Positions 26,389 through 38,939 are shown, numbered from the stretch's first letter. The stretch: DNA of 64,000 nucleotides from Chiloscyllium plagiosum (GCF_004010195.1 NC_057719.1:31104957-31168956); one strand, 5' to 3'. Translations and numbers: made by a program. Notes: generated by a model not told the origin, from the sequence alone.

Positions 26389-26781
26389 CTCACACTACCT
26401 AGTTTCTGATTTCATCTATTATCGTTAAGTATAAAACTTAAACAAGAACTGTTCCATAGAAGAGAGTTGGAGGTGAAGAGCAGGAAAGAAAAGAAAGCCT
26501 AATGTCTAATTGTATACTGCTTCATAATTGTTTAAGAGCAACACTGACAGAGGTCTTTCAGTTGATATATGCCTTGGAAGGGATCTGTAAGGGAAAAGTA
26601 ATTTCATTAAGAATGATTTCTATTGCTCCCAGTTTATATTGTAAATAGATTTGATAAGTGTCTTTCTGATATTAATGTATACCATCTAACCTTTTGAATT
26701 TTTTTGTTTCTGTTCAAACAATTTTACCAAAAAAGATATTCTGACATTTGATGGTGAAAATTGTTGCAGCATTGGTATCAA

Positions 26782-27222
26782 CAGAATTAGGTTTATTGTA
26801 ACGTGTACTCAAGTACAGAAATGCAGGAGTACAGTGAAAAGTTTACAATGTCGCCCCACACAGCACCATCTTTGGTACAAATTACCTAGGTACAAATCCC
26901 TTAGATACAAAATAGAGAAATTTTTTTAAAAAGTTATGTTATAGTTATTCATAATATAAGTTAGAAAAGCTGTCTCCAGTCCAACAACCGCCCTGCTCTG
27001 CTCAGGCCATGCTGGCTGTGCCGCTCTGCTTGGGCCTCCAGCCCGCTGGCTATCCCATTCGGGTTGTATGTGCACCTTGCTGGCCATCCCGCTCCACTCC
27101 AGCCCTCTGCCACTCCAGTGATATCACTGCCGTTCCAAGTAAGTATTTTTTAAAGGAACACTAAAAATAAATGAGGAAGAGCCCGGAAGCTGCTTACTCC
27201 GCCATCACCATCTTGGACACCC
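26782..27222 (-). mobile_element. short non-autonomous retroelement (LINE 5' end fused to 3' tail)
   Basis: Minus strand starts ggtgtccaagatgg and ends aataaacctaattc; GC-rich interior, no coding capacity. Family not identified. Confidence 0.45.
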
Positions 27223-28714
27223 TGGAACGCCTACACAATTCAGGGACATCCAATTACTCAAGAGATAAATACACCATAAAGTAACATCAATATATCCATA
27301 TCAGGAAGGTTCCAGATTTTATTTCAAACATAATGATTTAGTTTTGCTCAGCTACCTCAGCAACATGGACAGTAAAATTAGACTTGACCATTTGTGCTGA
27401 ATAGAAGTAGTGTAGCACAAAGGAAGAATCAGCTACAATTATTGTCCTGGATCAGTGTATGCTAAAAAAATGTACATTTCCAGGAATGAGTTAAAGACAA
27501 GATTAGTTTGCTGTGATTTGTCCTAGGACCATGCAGACAATCATTGCTCCCAATCCGAGCTCACAAATAGGGAATGGCTTTTGGAACAAAGAATTTGCTA
27601 CCCTAGGCCATAGCCGGAGTCACTACCTTTAGTCTGATATTGATTGGTGTCATCTTAGTGCAATGGTTTCCCAATCATTGTCACTTCACCGTTCGCAGCC
27701 GTGCTCTGTACTCCCAGGCTCTGTACTCCCCTCCCTATATCTTTCGACCCTCACTTTGCTCCTTAAAGATACTTCTTAATACTTAATTGACAAGCTTTCT
27801 GACCTAATTACCTGTATTTGGCTCAGTGCTTTATAATGCTATCATGAAGAACCTTAGGGTCTTCTCATTACATTAAAGAGGCTAAGGAAATTCAAGTTGT
27901 TGTTGGTAAAGCTGGATGTTCAGAGCACATGTTTGAAAGCTTGATCCCATGTTTGAGGATGATTTCACCAAAAGGCAATGCAGAATTAACGAAAGACTTA
28001 ATTTTGGGAGGACTTCTCATTTAACTGAAATAACAAGCAATTACTTCGGTTGTCCTGATTGGCTGGCTGGTTGCTCCATCAAACTAGTCAGTAGAGAGCA
28101 GGTATTACTGGTCAACCATGTCAAAAGTAGCAGAGAGATTAAAGAAGATTGGGAAATGTGGAAGTACTCAGTTATTTTGCCTGATAAACTCTATGCAATT
28201 GGATTTTTTTTAACATGACAATGTAATACTAAGCTGTTTTGTAAACATTTTCTTCGTAATAACTGCCTGCATATTATCTTCTTACTATCATTTAATGTCA
28301 CATGGTACTTCACTGGTGTGTTATAAAGCAGGATTTGACACTGATTTGACACTGAGCCACATATGACAATATTAAGGCAAGTGGCCAGAAACTTGGTCAA
28401 GCAGTTAGGTTTTAAGGAATGCCTTAAAGGAGGCAGTGTTGCATAGATTATTGTGTTGAATATTCCAGAGCTTCATCTTAATTTTCTAATGAAGGGACTC
28501 GAGTACTTAATGCTAGATTTTCTATTTGTTTAATTGTACAGGGGTAGGTTGCCATTGGATGTAAAATCAATCAGAAAATTAGGAATCTTTGGCTTTGAAG
28601 TTTCAACAAGACTTTTGCTTTTAGGCACTCTTTAAATTACGGTGTTCTACACTTCTACTCTTACATGTTCAATATAATTTCATCACCATAGCCAAATATG
28701 TTTCTGGAAAATGC

Positions 28715-29350
28715 AGAAAATAGATAAAGCAGGAGGCCATTTGGCCTTTTGTGCGTGCTCTACCATTCATTATGATGATGGCTGATTATCCCACTCAACA
28801 GTCTGTTTCTGTTTTTCCCCCAAATCCTTTGATCCCTTAACCCCACCGTGTGCTATATCCAATTTCTCCTTAAAAAGCATATAATATTTGGTCTCGACTG
28901 CATTCTGTGGTCATGGATTCCACAGGCTCACCACTCTCTGGGTGAAAGATTTCACCTCATGTAAATCCTAAATGATTAACCTTATCTCCTACTTTTCTGC
29001 ATTCTCCCACCATCAGGATCATCTTTCCTGCATCTACCCTGTCTAGTCATGTTAGATTTTATAGATTTCTGTGCGATCCCTCCCTCATTCTTCTGAACTC
29101 CAGCAAATATAATCCTAATTAATTCAACCTTTCCTCGTGCGACAGTCCTGCCAGTCACTCAACTTGTCCAAATTGCAGTGAAGTACCCTCCTCACGCTCA
29201 CCCTCCTACCCAGCTTAGTGTCATCTGCAAATTTGAAGATATTACATGTATTTCCCTATCTAATTTATCAATATATATTGTAGCTGGGGCCCCTAGCACT
29301 GATCCTTGCAATACTCCTCTAGTCACTGCCAGCTGTTCGGAAAAAGTGCC
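28715..29350 (-). mobile_element. CR1 fragments (3' end and RT part)
   Basis: VTRGVLQGSVLG in ORF 29198..29404; CR1 tail near 28715. Confidence 0.75.
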
Positions 29351-30074
29351 ATTGTAGTGTTTATCCCCCATATACTTTGAAGTGAACAAAACAATACATT
29401 GCATTTCCAGCTTTGCAGAACCTAAGTATCAGAATAGTGTTAAAGATAACTGTTTGGCATTGATGAGTTGAACTAAAGGGTCGGTTTCCATGCTGTATGA
29501 CTCTATGATTCTATTATGCTCTCTCGTTTGTAGTATTTCCCCCTTTGTGTCGAATTCAGTGAAAATAATGCAATGGCTGGTTTAAAACCTTTTTGAGATG
29601 CAATAACAGTTATTGAATTATAATACTCTTCAACTTCTCAAGTCTGGAATGCTTGGGACCAAGTCATTTCTAGGTTTGGAATTTTCTGGATTATAGAATG
29701 TTGTTAGAAGGCCTGTGTGAACAACTGTGAGAACTGGAAAAATCATTGCAGATGTAAATATTTGCTCTGTGTAAACTGTGATAAAACATTACAGAACAGT
29801 ATTAAAAGTTGTTTTCTTATCCAGGTATTTTATTTACTTATTCAAATCTTCAGTGATTCTGTTCTCAAAATACTGTACCAAATGGTGGCAAGTTGTTGAA
29901 TTCTAGTCAAAAGGTTTCTGATCAATTGGTGTTACGAAGCAAAAAAAAGCTGGATTGGAGAGATTACGGTGTATATTCAAAAAGAAATGAAGATTCCGTA
30001 ATTTATGCTTTTCAGCTGCTTCATTGTCCTGCATCTCATTGTGTGTCTATTTACTTAACTGTGTGATTATTTAG

Positions 30075-30355
30075 GAGACAGCTCACAAGAAAGTCATTCT
30101 CCCATATCATTGAAACCTGCACTGGTAAAGTTAGTATCATCTCGCAGAGATCTCAACACTACAAAACCTGTACCTCCAATTCCAAAAGGCTCAAGTCCAG
30201 TTGTTGAAGCAGAAGTAGCTGTAAATGGTAATAGAAAAGGAACAAATGGAGCAGAATCTGAGGAAGTTTGGAAGGAAGGGAAGAACGTTGACAAAAATCT
30301 AGAGTTGGATTTTTCCTCACTGAACAACAATGAAGATGAAACAGATCATGAAGAG
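30075..30355 (+). CDS. TOGARAM1: TOGARAM1 internal exon, phase 1-0, 281 nt
   Basis: ttag|GA...GAAGAG|gttagt. Encodes LKPALVKLVSSRRDLNTTKPVPPIPKG...DHEE. Confidence 0.93.
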
Positions 30356-30894
30356 GTTAGTGTGCACAAGCTTCATAAAGACTTGCCTTATTCTGTAAGC
30401 AGTTATATTAGAGTCATATATTAATAATATTAAACATTATTTTATTAATGGGATTTGTGTGTTCGTAGCTGCCAAACCCAGTTGCCCTTGAGAAGTGGTG
30501 GTGAGCTCTCCCTTGAACCGCTTTCCATGTCAAGGTGGTGAATGCTTTTGGGGGGGACCTAATTGGTGTGGTATTCCTTGTTTTTTCTAGATGGTAATGG
30601 GCATCTGTTTGGAATGTGCTGTCTGAAGACCCTGAATGCGCATCTTGTAGACAATGCAGACTGCTGCTACGAGTGTCAGTGGTTTCTGGATGTGACAATC
30701 AAGCAAATTACTTTGCTCTTCATTCCAGATTCCTTTGTGCCAGAAATGACTCCCAGTGGCAGAGAGCTTACCTCCAGACTCCTACTGACTTCAGTTTTGC
30801 TAAGGTTCCTTCACACTCTGACATTGAGGCTGCATTTTTCAAAGGTTGTAACTCTAACCTTACCTCTGGAATTCAACTCTTTTGGTCTTTTTCC

Positions 30895-32065
30895 AAGAAT
30901 AAACTGGTCTTTTTCCAAATGGAGGGCAGTGATTAGTGGCGTATTGCAGGAATCAGTGCTTAGGTCCCAGCTATTTCCATGAGAGAATTGATTGTAATAT
31001 CCCCAAGCTGGGGAGAGGGTGAACCCTGAGGAGGATGCGGAGGTGCTTCACTGTGATTTGGACAAGTTGAGCGAGTGGGCAACATGGCACATGAAGTAGA
31101 AAATGGATAAATGTGAGGTTATCCACTTTGGTAACAAAAACAGGAAGGTAGATTATTAACTGAATGGCAGTGGATTGGGAAAGGGGAAGGTACAAGACCT
31201 GAGTGTCCTTGTAAATCAGTCGCTGAAAGTGTACAAACAGGTAGAGCAGGTGGTGAAGAAGACAAAGGGTGTATTGGCCTTCATAGCAAGACGATGCAAG
31301 TACAGGAGCATGGCTATCTTGCTGCAATTGTACAGGACCTTGGTGAGATCACTCCTGGAGCTTTGGTGTGCTGTTTGGTCTCCTTATCTGCAGAAGGATG
31401 TTTTAGTACTGGAAGAAGTGTAACAAAGATTTGCCAAGTTAAAAAATCACACAATACCAGGCCACCTGATGAAGGAGCAGCCCCTGATGTTGTGTGATTT
31501 TTAATTTTGCGCACCCCAGTCCAACACCAGCATCTCCAAATAAAGATTTACCAGACTGATTCCTGGAATGGCAGTACTGAGGTATGAATAGAGACTGGAT
31601 CAGTTAGAATTATATTCACTGGAGTTCAGAATATTGAGAGGGATCTCATAGAAAACCATGAAATTCTAACTGGACTAAACAAGGTAAATGCAGGAAGGAT
31701 GTTCTTGATGAGCAGCAAGTCTAGAACCAGCATATAGGATAGACCTTATAAGATGGAGAAAGTAAGGACTGCAGATGCTGGAGATCAGAGCTGAAAAATG
31801 TGTTGCTGGAAAAGCGCAGCAGGTCTGGCAGCATCAAAGGAGCTGAAAAATGTGTTGCTGGATAAGATGTAAGGATAAATCTATTCACCGGAAAGTGGTG
31901 AGCTTGTGGAATTCACTGCTATAGAAAGTGGTTGAGGCCAAAACATTGAATATTTCTAAGAAGTACTTAGATATAGTTCTTCGGGCTAAAGGGATCAAAG
32001 GCTGTGGGATAAAGTAGCAACAGGGTATTAAGCTGGATGATCAGCCCTGATCATACTGAATGTCG
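30895..32065 (+). mobile_element. CR1 RT and 3' fragment carrying two nested short Penelope-derived inserts
   Basis: LQLYRTLVRSLLE...WSPY. Inserts at 31437-31541 (TSD aaagattt[g/a]cca) and 31756-31861 (TSD ataagatg). Confidence 0.85.
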
Positions 32066-32069
32066 GACT

Positions 32070-33955
32070 CATGAACATGGTTTGCCTGTGTATTGTAGTC
32101 CATTTTCAGAAACTATTCAAGATACTGAATAAACTAAAAATAGCGGTCATTGTGTCAGCAATGTTTGCACTTGTGTTGTTAAGTTCTTTAAACAATGGGA
32201 AATTTGAAGAAGTAGTCTACCACAGGAATGTAATTGTCCCTGTGCACTGTAAGTGGATCTGTTGCTACTTCCAAGGGGGTGGATAGAACATTATGTGAAC
32301 TAGCACCTCCCCTGCTGCTGGGGTTAGAATGTTTGGAATGCCTCACATGCATTCACAAGTCATTGAATATCTTAATTCAGCCCTAACCAGTAAATAGATT
32401 CAAATACTAGCTGTTTAGTGTTTTCAATATCCATGACATACAACGGTGTAACAATATGAATTAGTATTTAAGAATTGCCACATCAGCCTTGGCTAGAGAA
32501 CTTTTTGTGATAAGTTTATCTCTGTATGGTCAAAGTTAATACATTTTCTCAAGTACTTCCTTAGTAATTTCAAGGCTATCATTGGACAATTATATTTTGC
32601 AACTCTGGCTGCACACCTTTGCAGCTGCACAACTTTGAGAACATCTTCAACTTCATAGTTAAAAGCATCAATATGTAAATCAAGAGGAATATCTTGGTCT
32701 TTGGGTTGTGTAATCTGATCAACATGTCAGATGTAATCATCCTGATACCAGGCTTATATCTCATTTTGAAGTCCTATCATTGAATCTTGATAAGTAAACA
32801 TTGCAATAGTGGCAATGCATTCATTAGTGGTTTATGGCAGATCATTTCTCATGGCTTGTGATTTATTTCTACAGTGAATTTCTTGCCAAATAGGTGGGTG
32901 TAAAACTCCATGATATTAAATTCTAGACCTAATATCTTTTACTCTGTTGGAATTGTTTGTTGCACAGTTGACAGAATTTCCAAACAAAAGCAAAAAGTTT
33001 TCATCTTGCAAAACACTTGCCTCGGGCTTTTAACAATGCATCTCCTTAAAGAATCCTGTCTTTCTTGTGGTCGGAGTACTGTAGTAAGCAAGATTTTATT
33101 AATAACTTTTTTGAGAGAATTGGAGATGTCTGGCAGACATAGGAAACATCCTTCTTGAGCAAATCTTTCACCGGAGATATCTTGTCTGCGAAGTTCAGGT
33201 TAAAAGGCAACAGGATCCTTCAAAATTCAAGGTAATATCTCAAATCCTCTTCATTATGAAATGTTAGCATTTATTTAACATCCTCAATCTTACTTGGATT
33301 ACGATGGACTGCATGTGCAGATTTTTTTAATGGACACAAACAGAGTTTGTCTGGCCAAGGCTGATCTGGCACTTCATGTTGTTGAATACTAATTCATGTT
33401 TAACATTCTGAATCAGTAAGTGAAGGTTTTTTTCCCCTGGTCTGCTTTTGTCTTACCCACATCTGTAATATTATCAAATATGCAAACGCAGTCAGGTACA
33501 TTTTCAATAATCCTATTTATAGGTATTATGATAGCCCAAATGGTAACCATTGTAGACAGTACCATACAGATGACCTCCTTGGTTTTGAATTTTTGGGATT
33601 CTTCTGCTGAGTGGACATACCAGTAGCCAGGCTTCAAGTTTGGGAAAAAATCTGGTTTCAGAAACTTTAGGATTTAATTCTTCAAGCATCATATTCTATG
33701 TAGGCACCTTTTGAGTGAAGTTTTGAGATGCCTTGGATCTTCGCATATTCTTACGGTGATATCCGTTTTTAAGATACACATGAAGGTGATGCAGCAATCT
33801 GTGTGCTGGCCCATGTTCCAAATTATACTATTTACATCATCTCGTTGAGTTCTTTTCAAAACTTCTAACAACTATGCATGCTGCAAATACTTGAAGGATC
33901 AATAAAGGAAGTTGAATCATCCTTGAGATGTAATATTGCATGTCCTTAAAATTAC
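32070..33955 (-). pseudogene. decayed Gypsy/Ty3 pol (RT, RNase H, integrase)
   Basis: Minus-strand motifs in Gypsy order: VRICEDPRHLKTSLKR, GYWYVHSAEESQ, VCIFDNI (YxDD site), RYKPGIRMITSDMLIRL, ESIYWLGLN...VNACEAF, VVDYFFKFP, SENGLQYTG. Confidence 0.85.
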
Positions 33956-33959
33956 TGAT

Positions 33960-34285
33960 CATAGGGAGAGGCTGAATAGGCTGGAGCTGTTTCCCCTGGA
34001 GCATCAGAGGCTGAGGGTGACCTTATAGAGGTTTACAAAATCATGAGGGGCATGGATCGGGTGAATAGCCAAGGTCTTTTCCAAAGAAGGGGGAAGGGAG
34101 AGAGATGGGGGTTAATGGGTGAGAGAGGAAAGATTTATAAGGGACCTACGGGATTACATTTTCAAGCAGATGGTGGTGCATGTACAGAAAGAGAAAGTAA
34201 TGGAGACTGGTACAATTACAACATTTAAAAGGCATTTGGATGGGTGTATGCATAGGAAGAGAGATATGGGCCAAGTGCTGGCAAG
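33960..34285 (+). mobile_element. CR1 3' fragment, cut off by the following element
   Basis: RLRxDLIEVYKIMRGMDRVN; the tail stops at ccaagtgctggcaa. Confidence 0.85.
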
Positions 34286-34286
34286 A

Positions 34287-37200
34287 GGATTCTGGGTAAT
34301 CCAAGATGGAGGACAGGAAAAATTTCTGGCTGTAAGAGCTGCTCCTTTTTTGGGGGGTATTTTAGGTGTTGGAGGTGATTTCCTCGAATTCCAGAAGCAG
34401 CAATTACTGTTTTATATGCTGTTGCATTGTTTTGGAACTTTGGGAAAAAAAAGTCAAAACAACAGCAGTTTAAATGGGAGAAGAGCAGACAAAGGAAGCA
34501 CATGGTGAGGACAGTGCAGGAGAGAGAGAGAGAGAGAGAGAGAAAATCTGCACAGTTACCGCCTTTGCTGTTTGAATTTGTGTATCGCTGGACATCGGAG
34601 TGCATCTGGGAAAGTTAACAAACAGTGAAATTCACAACTAATCTTGGAGGAACTGTTGGGCGAAGTTCACAGCACAGAATCAGATAAGTTAATTGTTGTT
34701 TTAAGTCTGTCCAATAGAAAGGCTGCAGTAGTGGGTACAGTGGATTCTTTCTTGATTATACGTTTTTGGAGATAAGTTTCTTGATTAAACTTAAAATATA
34801 AGCCTATCTATTAATTTAACCTGGAGCAGTGTTTGTAGAGGAATAAGACGGTGTTATTTTCTGGGTCTGTAGATTGTGAAGGAGCAAAAATGGCCTTTGC
34901 AGTGATATGTACTTCTTGTCAAAGGGGGGAGTTTAAAGAGAGTTTAAGGGTTACTGCGGATTATATCTGCCATAAATGCTGTTGGATGCAAATCTTATCA
35001 GATCGAGTGGATCGGTTGGAGAGACAAATAGAAGTGATGAGGAATTTGCAACAGCTACAGCATGTGATGGATGGCAGTTATAGAAAGGGGGGAAAGTCTC
35101 AGATATAGTCACATAGATGGGTTAACTCCAGGAAGGGTAAGAGAGGTAGGCAGCTAGAGCAGGAGTCTTTTGTGGATCTACCCATTTCAAACAGGTATGC
35201 TGTTTTGAAAAATGTAGGGGGTGATGGATTTTCAGGGGAATGTAGCACAAACAGCCAAGTTTCTGGTATTGAGACTGGCTCTAATGCAACGAGGGGTACG
35301 TTGGCTTCCAAGAGATCAATTGTATTAGGGGATTCTGTAGTCCGAGGTACAGACAGACGTTTCTGTGGCCAGCAGAGAAAAATCAGAATGGTGTGTTGTT
35401 TCCCTGGTGCCAGGATCAAAGATGTCTCAGAGAGGGTGCAGAATGTTCTCACGGGGGAGAGGGGCCAGCAGAAGGTCATTGTCCACATTGGAACCAACGA
35501 CATTGGAAGGAAAAAGGCTGATACTCAGAAGGGAGATTACAGAGAGTTAGGTAGAATTTTAAAAAGGAGGTCCTCAAGGGTAGTAATATCTGGATTACTC
35601 CCAGTGCTACGAGCTAGTGAGGGCAGGAATAGGAGGATAGAGCAGATGAATGCATGGCTGAGGAGCTGGTATATGGGAGAAGGGTTCACATTTTTGGATC
35701 ATTGGAATCTCTTTTGGGGTAGAAGTGACCTGTACAAGAAGGACGGATTGCACCTAAATTGGAAGGGGACTAATATACTGGGAGGGAAATTTGCTAGAAC
35801 TGCTTGGGAGGATTTAAACTAGTAAGTTGGGCGGGTTGGGACCCAGGGAGATAGTGAGGAAAGAGATCAATCTGAGACGGGTACAGCTGAGAACCGAAGT
35901 GAGTCAAACAGTCAGGGAAGGCAGGGACAAGGTAGGACTAATAAATTAAACTGCATTTATTTCAATGCAAGGGGCTTAACAGGGAAGGCAGATGAACTCA
36001 GGGCAAGGTTAGGAACATCGGACTGGGATATCATAGCAATTACGGAAACATGGCTCAGGGATGGGCAGGACTGGCAGCTGAATGTTCCAGGATACAAATG
36101 CTACAGGAAGGATAGAAAGGGAGGCAAAAGAGGAGGGGGCGTGGCATTTTTGATAAGGGATAGCATTACAGCTGTGCGAAGGGAGGATATTCCCAGAAAT
36201 ACATCTAGGGAAGTTATTTGGGTGAAACTAAGAAATAAGAAAGGGATGATCACCTTATTGGGATTGTATCATAGACCCCCCAATAGTCAGAGGGAAATTG
36301 AGAAACAAACTTGTAAGGAGGTCTCAGCTCTCTGTAAGAATAATAGGGTGGTTATGGTAGGGGATTTTAACTTTCCAAACATCAACTGGGACTGCCATAG
36401 TGTTAAAGCTTTAGGTGGAGAGGAATTTGTTAAGTGTGTACAAGACAATTTTCTGATTCACTATGTGGATGTACCTACTAGAGAAGGTGCAAAACTTGAC
36501 CTACTCTTGGGAAATAAGGCAGGGCAGGTGACTGAGGTGTCAGTGGGGGAGCACTTTGGGGCCAGTGACCATNNNNNNNNNNNNNNNNNNNNNNNNNNNN
36601 NNNNNNNNNNNNNNNNNNNNNNNNNNNNNNNNNNNNNNNNNNNNNNNNNNNNNNNNNNNNNNNNNNNNNNNNNNNNNNNNNNNNNNNNNNNNNNNNNNNN
36701 NNNNNNNNNNNNNNNNNNNNNNNNNNNNNNNNNNNNNNNNNNNNNNNNNNNNNNNNNNNNNNNNNNNNNNNNNNNNNNNNNNNNNNNNNNNNNNNNNNNN
36801 NNNNNNNNNNNNNNNNNNNNNNNNNNNNNNNNNNNNNNNNNNNNNNNNNNNNNNNNNNNNNNNNNNNNNNNNNNNNNNNNNNNNNNNNNNNNNNNNNNNN
36901 NNNNNNNNNNNNNNNNNNNNNNNNNNNNNNNNNNNNNNNNNNNNNNNNNNNNNNNNNNNNNNNNNNNNNNNNNNNNNNNNNNNNNNNNNNNNNNNNNNNN
37001 NNNNNNNNNNNNNNNNNNNNNNNNNNNNNNNNNNNNNNNNNNNNNNNNNNNNNNNNNNNNNNNNNNNNNNNNNNNNNNNNNNNNNNNNNNNNNNNNNNNN
37101 NNNNNNNNNNNNNNNNNNNNNNNNNNNNNNNNNNNNNNNNNNNNNNNNNNNNNNNNNNNNNNNNNNNNNNNNNNNNNNNNNNNNNNNNNNNNNNNNNNNN

Positions 37201-37591
37201 NNNNNNNNNNNNNNNNNNNNNNNNNNNNNNNNNNNNNNNNNNNNNNNNNNNNNNNNNNNNNNNNNNNNNNNNNNNNNNNNNNNNNNNNNNNTTTGGAAAG
37301 GCAAGGACTGATTAGGGATAGTCAACATGGCTTTGTGTGTGCGAAATCATGTCTCACAAACTTGATTGAGTTTTTTGATGAAGTAACAAAGAAGATTGAT
37401 GAGGGCAGAGCAGTAGACGTGATCTATATGGACTTCAGTAAGGCGTTCGACAAGGTTCCCCATGGGAGACTGGTTAGCAAGGTTAGATCTCATGGAATAC
37501 AGGGAGAACTAGCCATTTGAATACAGAACTGGCTCTAAGGTAGAAGACAGAGGGTGGTGGTGGAGGGTTGATTTCAGACTGGAGGCCTGTG
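34287..37591 (+). mobile_element. 5'-complete CR1 LINE: 5' UTR, ORF1 (34890-35822, one in-frame stop), ORF2 endonuclease and partial RT; 3' end missing
   Basis: ORF1 has CTSC/CHKC and SGNH blocks GDS, PGA, GTND, DGLH. ORF2 has YFNARGL, ITETWL, GGGVA, YHRPP, GDFNFP, SDH, then QHGF and YMDFSKAFDKVPH after the gap. Confidence 0.93.
36573..37291. other. assembly gap, 719 N
   Basis: Run of n inside CR1 ORF2. Confidence 1.
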
Positions 37592-37736
37592 TCGTGGGAA
37601 GTGTTCACAGCTTCCGAAATGCCACACGACTGGCATTCCATTGACTGAACTATCTTGCTATGCCTTAACCTTAAACTTTTAAGTCACTTCATGTCTCATA
37701 ACTTACCTTAACCTTACTCTGGTACTATTAAGTAAA

Positions 37737-37940
37737 ATGACACCAGAGTCCTCCTGGACTATAGGGCTGCTCTTGCATTAAAGAGAGAAACGACTACTAG
37801 CATTTAACTTGACAGTCACTGCATCTCAAGCGAGGGGAGAAGTTGAGAAAGAAAATCCTACATGGTAACCTCAGTTGGTGCAGGAATTGAACCCAGCTTC
37901 TTGACATCACTCTGCATTGCAAACCAGCCATCCATTTGAC
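37737..37940 (-). mobile_element. tRNA-derived SINE (family not identified)
   Basis: Minus-strand B box gggttcaattcc near 37883-37894, followed by a non-tRNA body. Confidence 0.55.
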
Positions 37941-37993
37941 CTTCACTATTAAGTGTAAACTGGAGATGAGTAGAAAGTATCAATTCTTTGCCC

Positions 37994-38180
37994 TGAAAAT
38001 AAATTAGCTGCTTCTTGTGTGCCTCCAAATCCTTTCTTTTCTTTTAATAGTTTATAAGTTTCCAATATTTAAAATTACTGCAGTTGAAAATAAATTAGCT
38101 GCTTCTTGTGTGCCTACAAATCCTTTCTTTTCTTTTAATAGTTTATAAGTTTCCAATATTTAAAATTACTGCAGTTGAAA
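37994..38180. repeat. 91-bp tandem duplication (2 copies, 1 mismatch)
   Basis: gaaaataaattagctgc... begins at 37995 and 38086; tgaaa microhomology at the junctions. Confidence 0.95.
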
Positions 38181-38378
38181 GACAGACCCCAACAACCAAT
38201 CGACTCATGAGTTCCATCTGATGTCACCATTAGACATTATTCCAAACTGCGCTGCCCTGAAACACGGTCCTACACAGGTCCGGTTCCTCTCGCACCCAAT
38301 ACGTAAGTGAAAACCCCGAGCCTCAGCCTTGAAATTAAGTGGGAAATCGAAATTGAAATGGTGTTGAAATAACATCAG

Positions 38379-38939
38379 TGTTATGGACCAGGCCAGACCC
38401 CCTGAAAATATTTCAAGAAGGTCCAACCACTCAGTTTTAAACAAAACAGAATTTATTTACAGACTACTGAATGAAACAAGAATAAATGAGAACCAAATTT
38501 TGAATAATTTAACTTATTTGAAATCCTAATTGATTCTATCGCAACTTAATGATGCTGTTCCAAATACTTGCAACATCTGCATAAACACGCCTTGGCAAAA
38601 AGGTAAATTCAAACACAGCTTCTTACAGGAAGGACGTCAGCGAAAGAGAAAGAGAGAGGATCAGCATGGAATTGCTTCTTTGGGTCTCCAGCAGCTTCTC
38701 TCGGTTCCCAGCTAAAGCTTGACCAGCAGATGCAAAACAAAACAGCTTGCTAAAACCAAACCAAACCCTTAACTGGGAGAACTGACCACTGCCCTTTCAT
38801 TGTACAAGTGATTTAAAACAAATCACTTAAAAGCTTTCTCAAGTAGATATTTCCATACATATTGGAACCTCTGTCTTTACGACCCCTCTGAAAAGAAACC
38901 AAGGACAGAATACCTTATTAAAGGAGCATCATCATCACA
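38379..38939. mobile_element. solo LTR, 561 bp
   Basis: TG...CA ends with 4-bp TSD tcag; reverse-complement similarity to 51769-52297. Confidence 0.85.

Noticed and set aside
29620..29975. Possible second MITE
   Set aside because: Terminal inverted repeats are too degenerate to support a call.
36141..37520. Long ORFs of 251-459 aa in the ORF track
   Set aside because: Their length comes from translating the N gap; the real parts are CR1 ORF2.
37590..37640. Hammerhead-like stem-GAAA-stem
   Set aside because: No CUGANGA core upstream of the putative stem II; kept only as unassigned structure.
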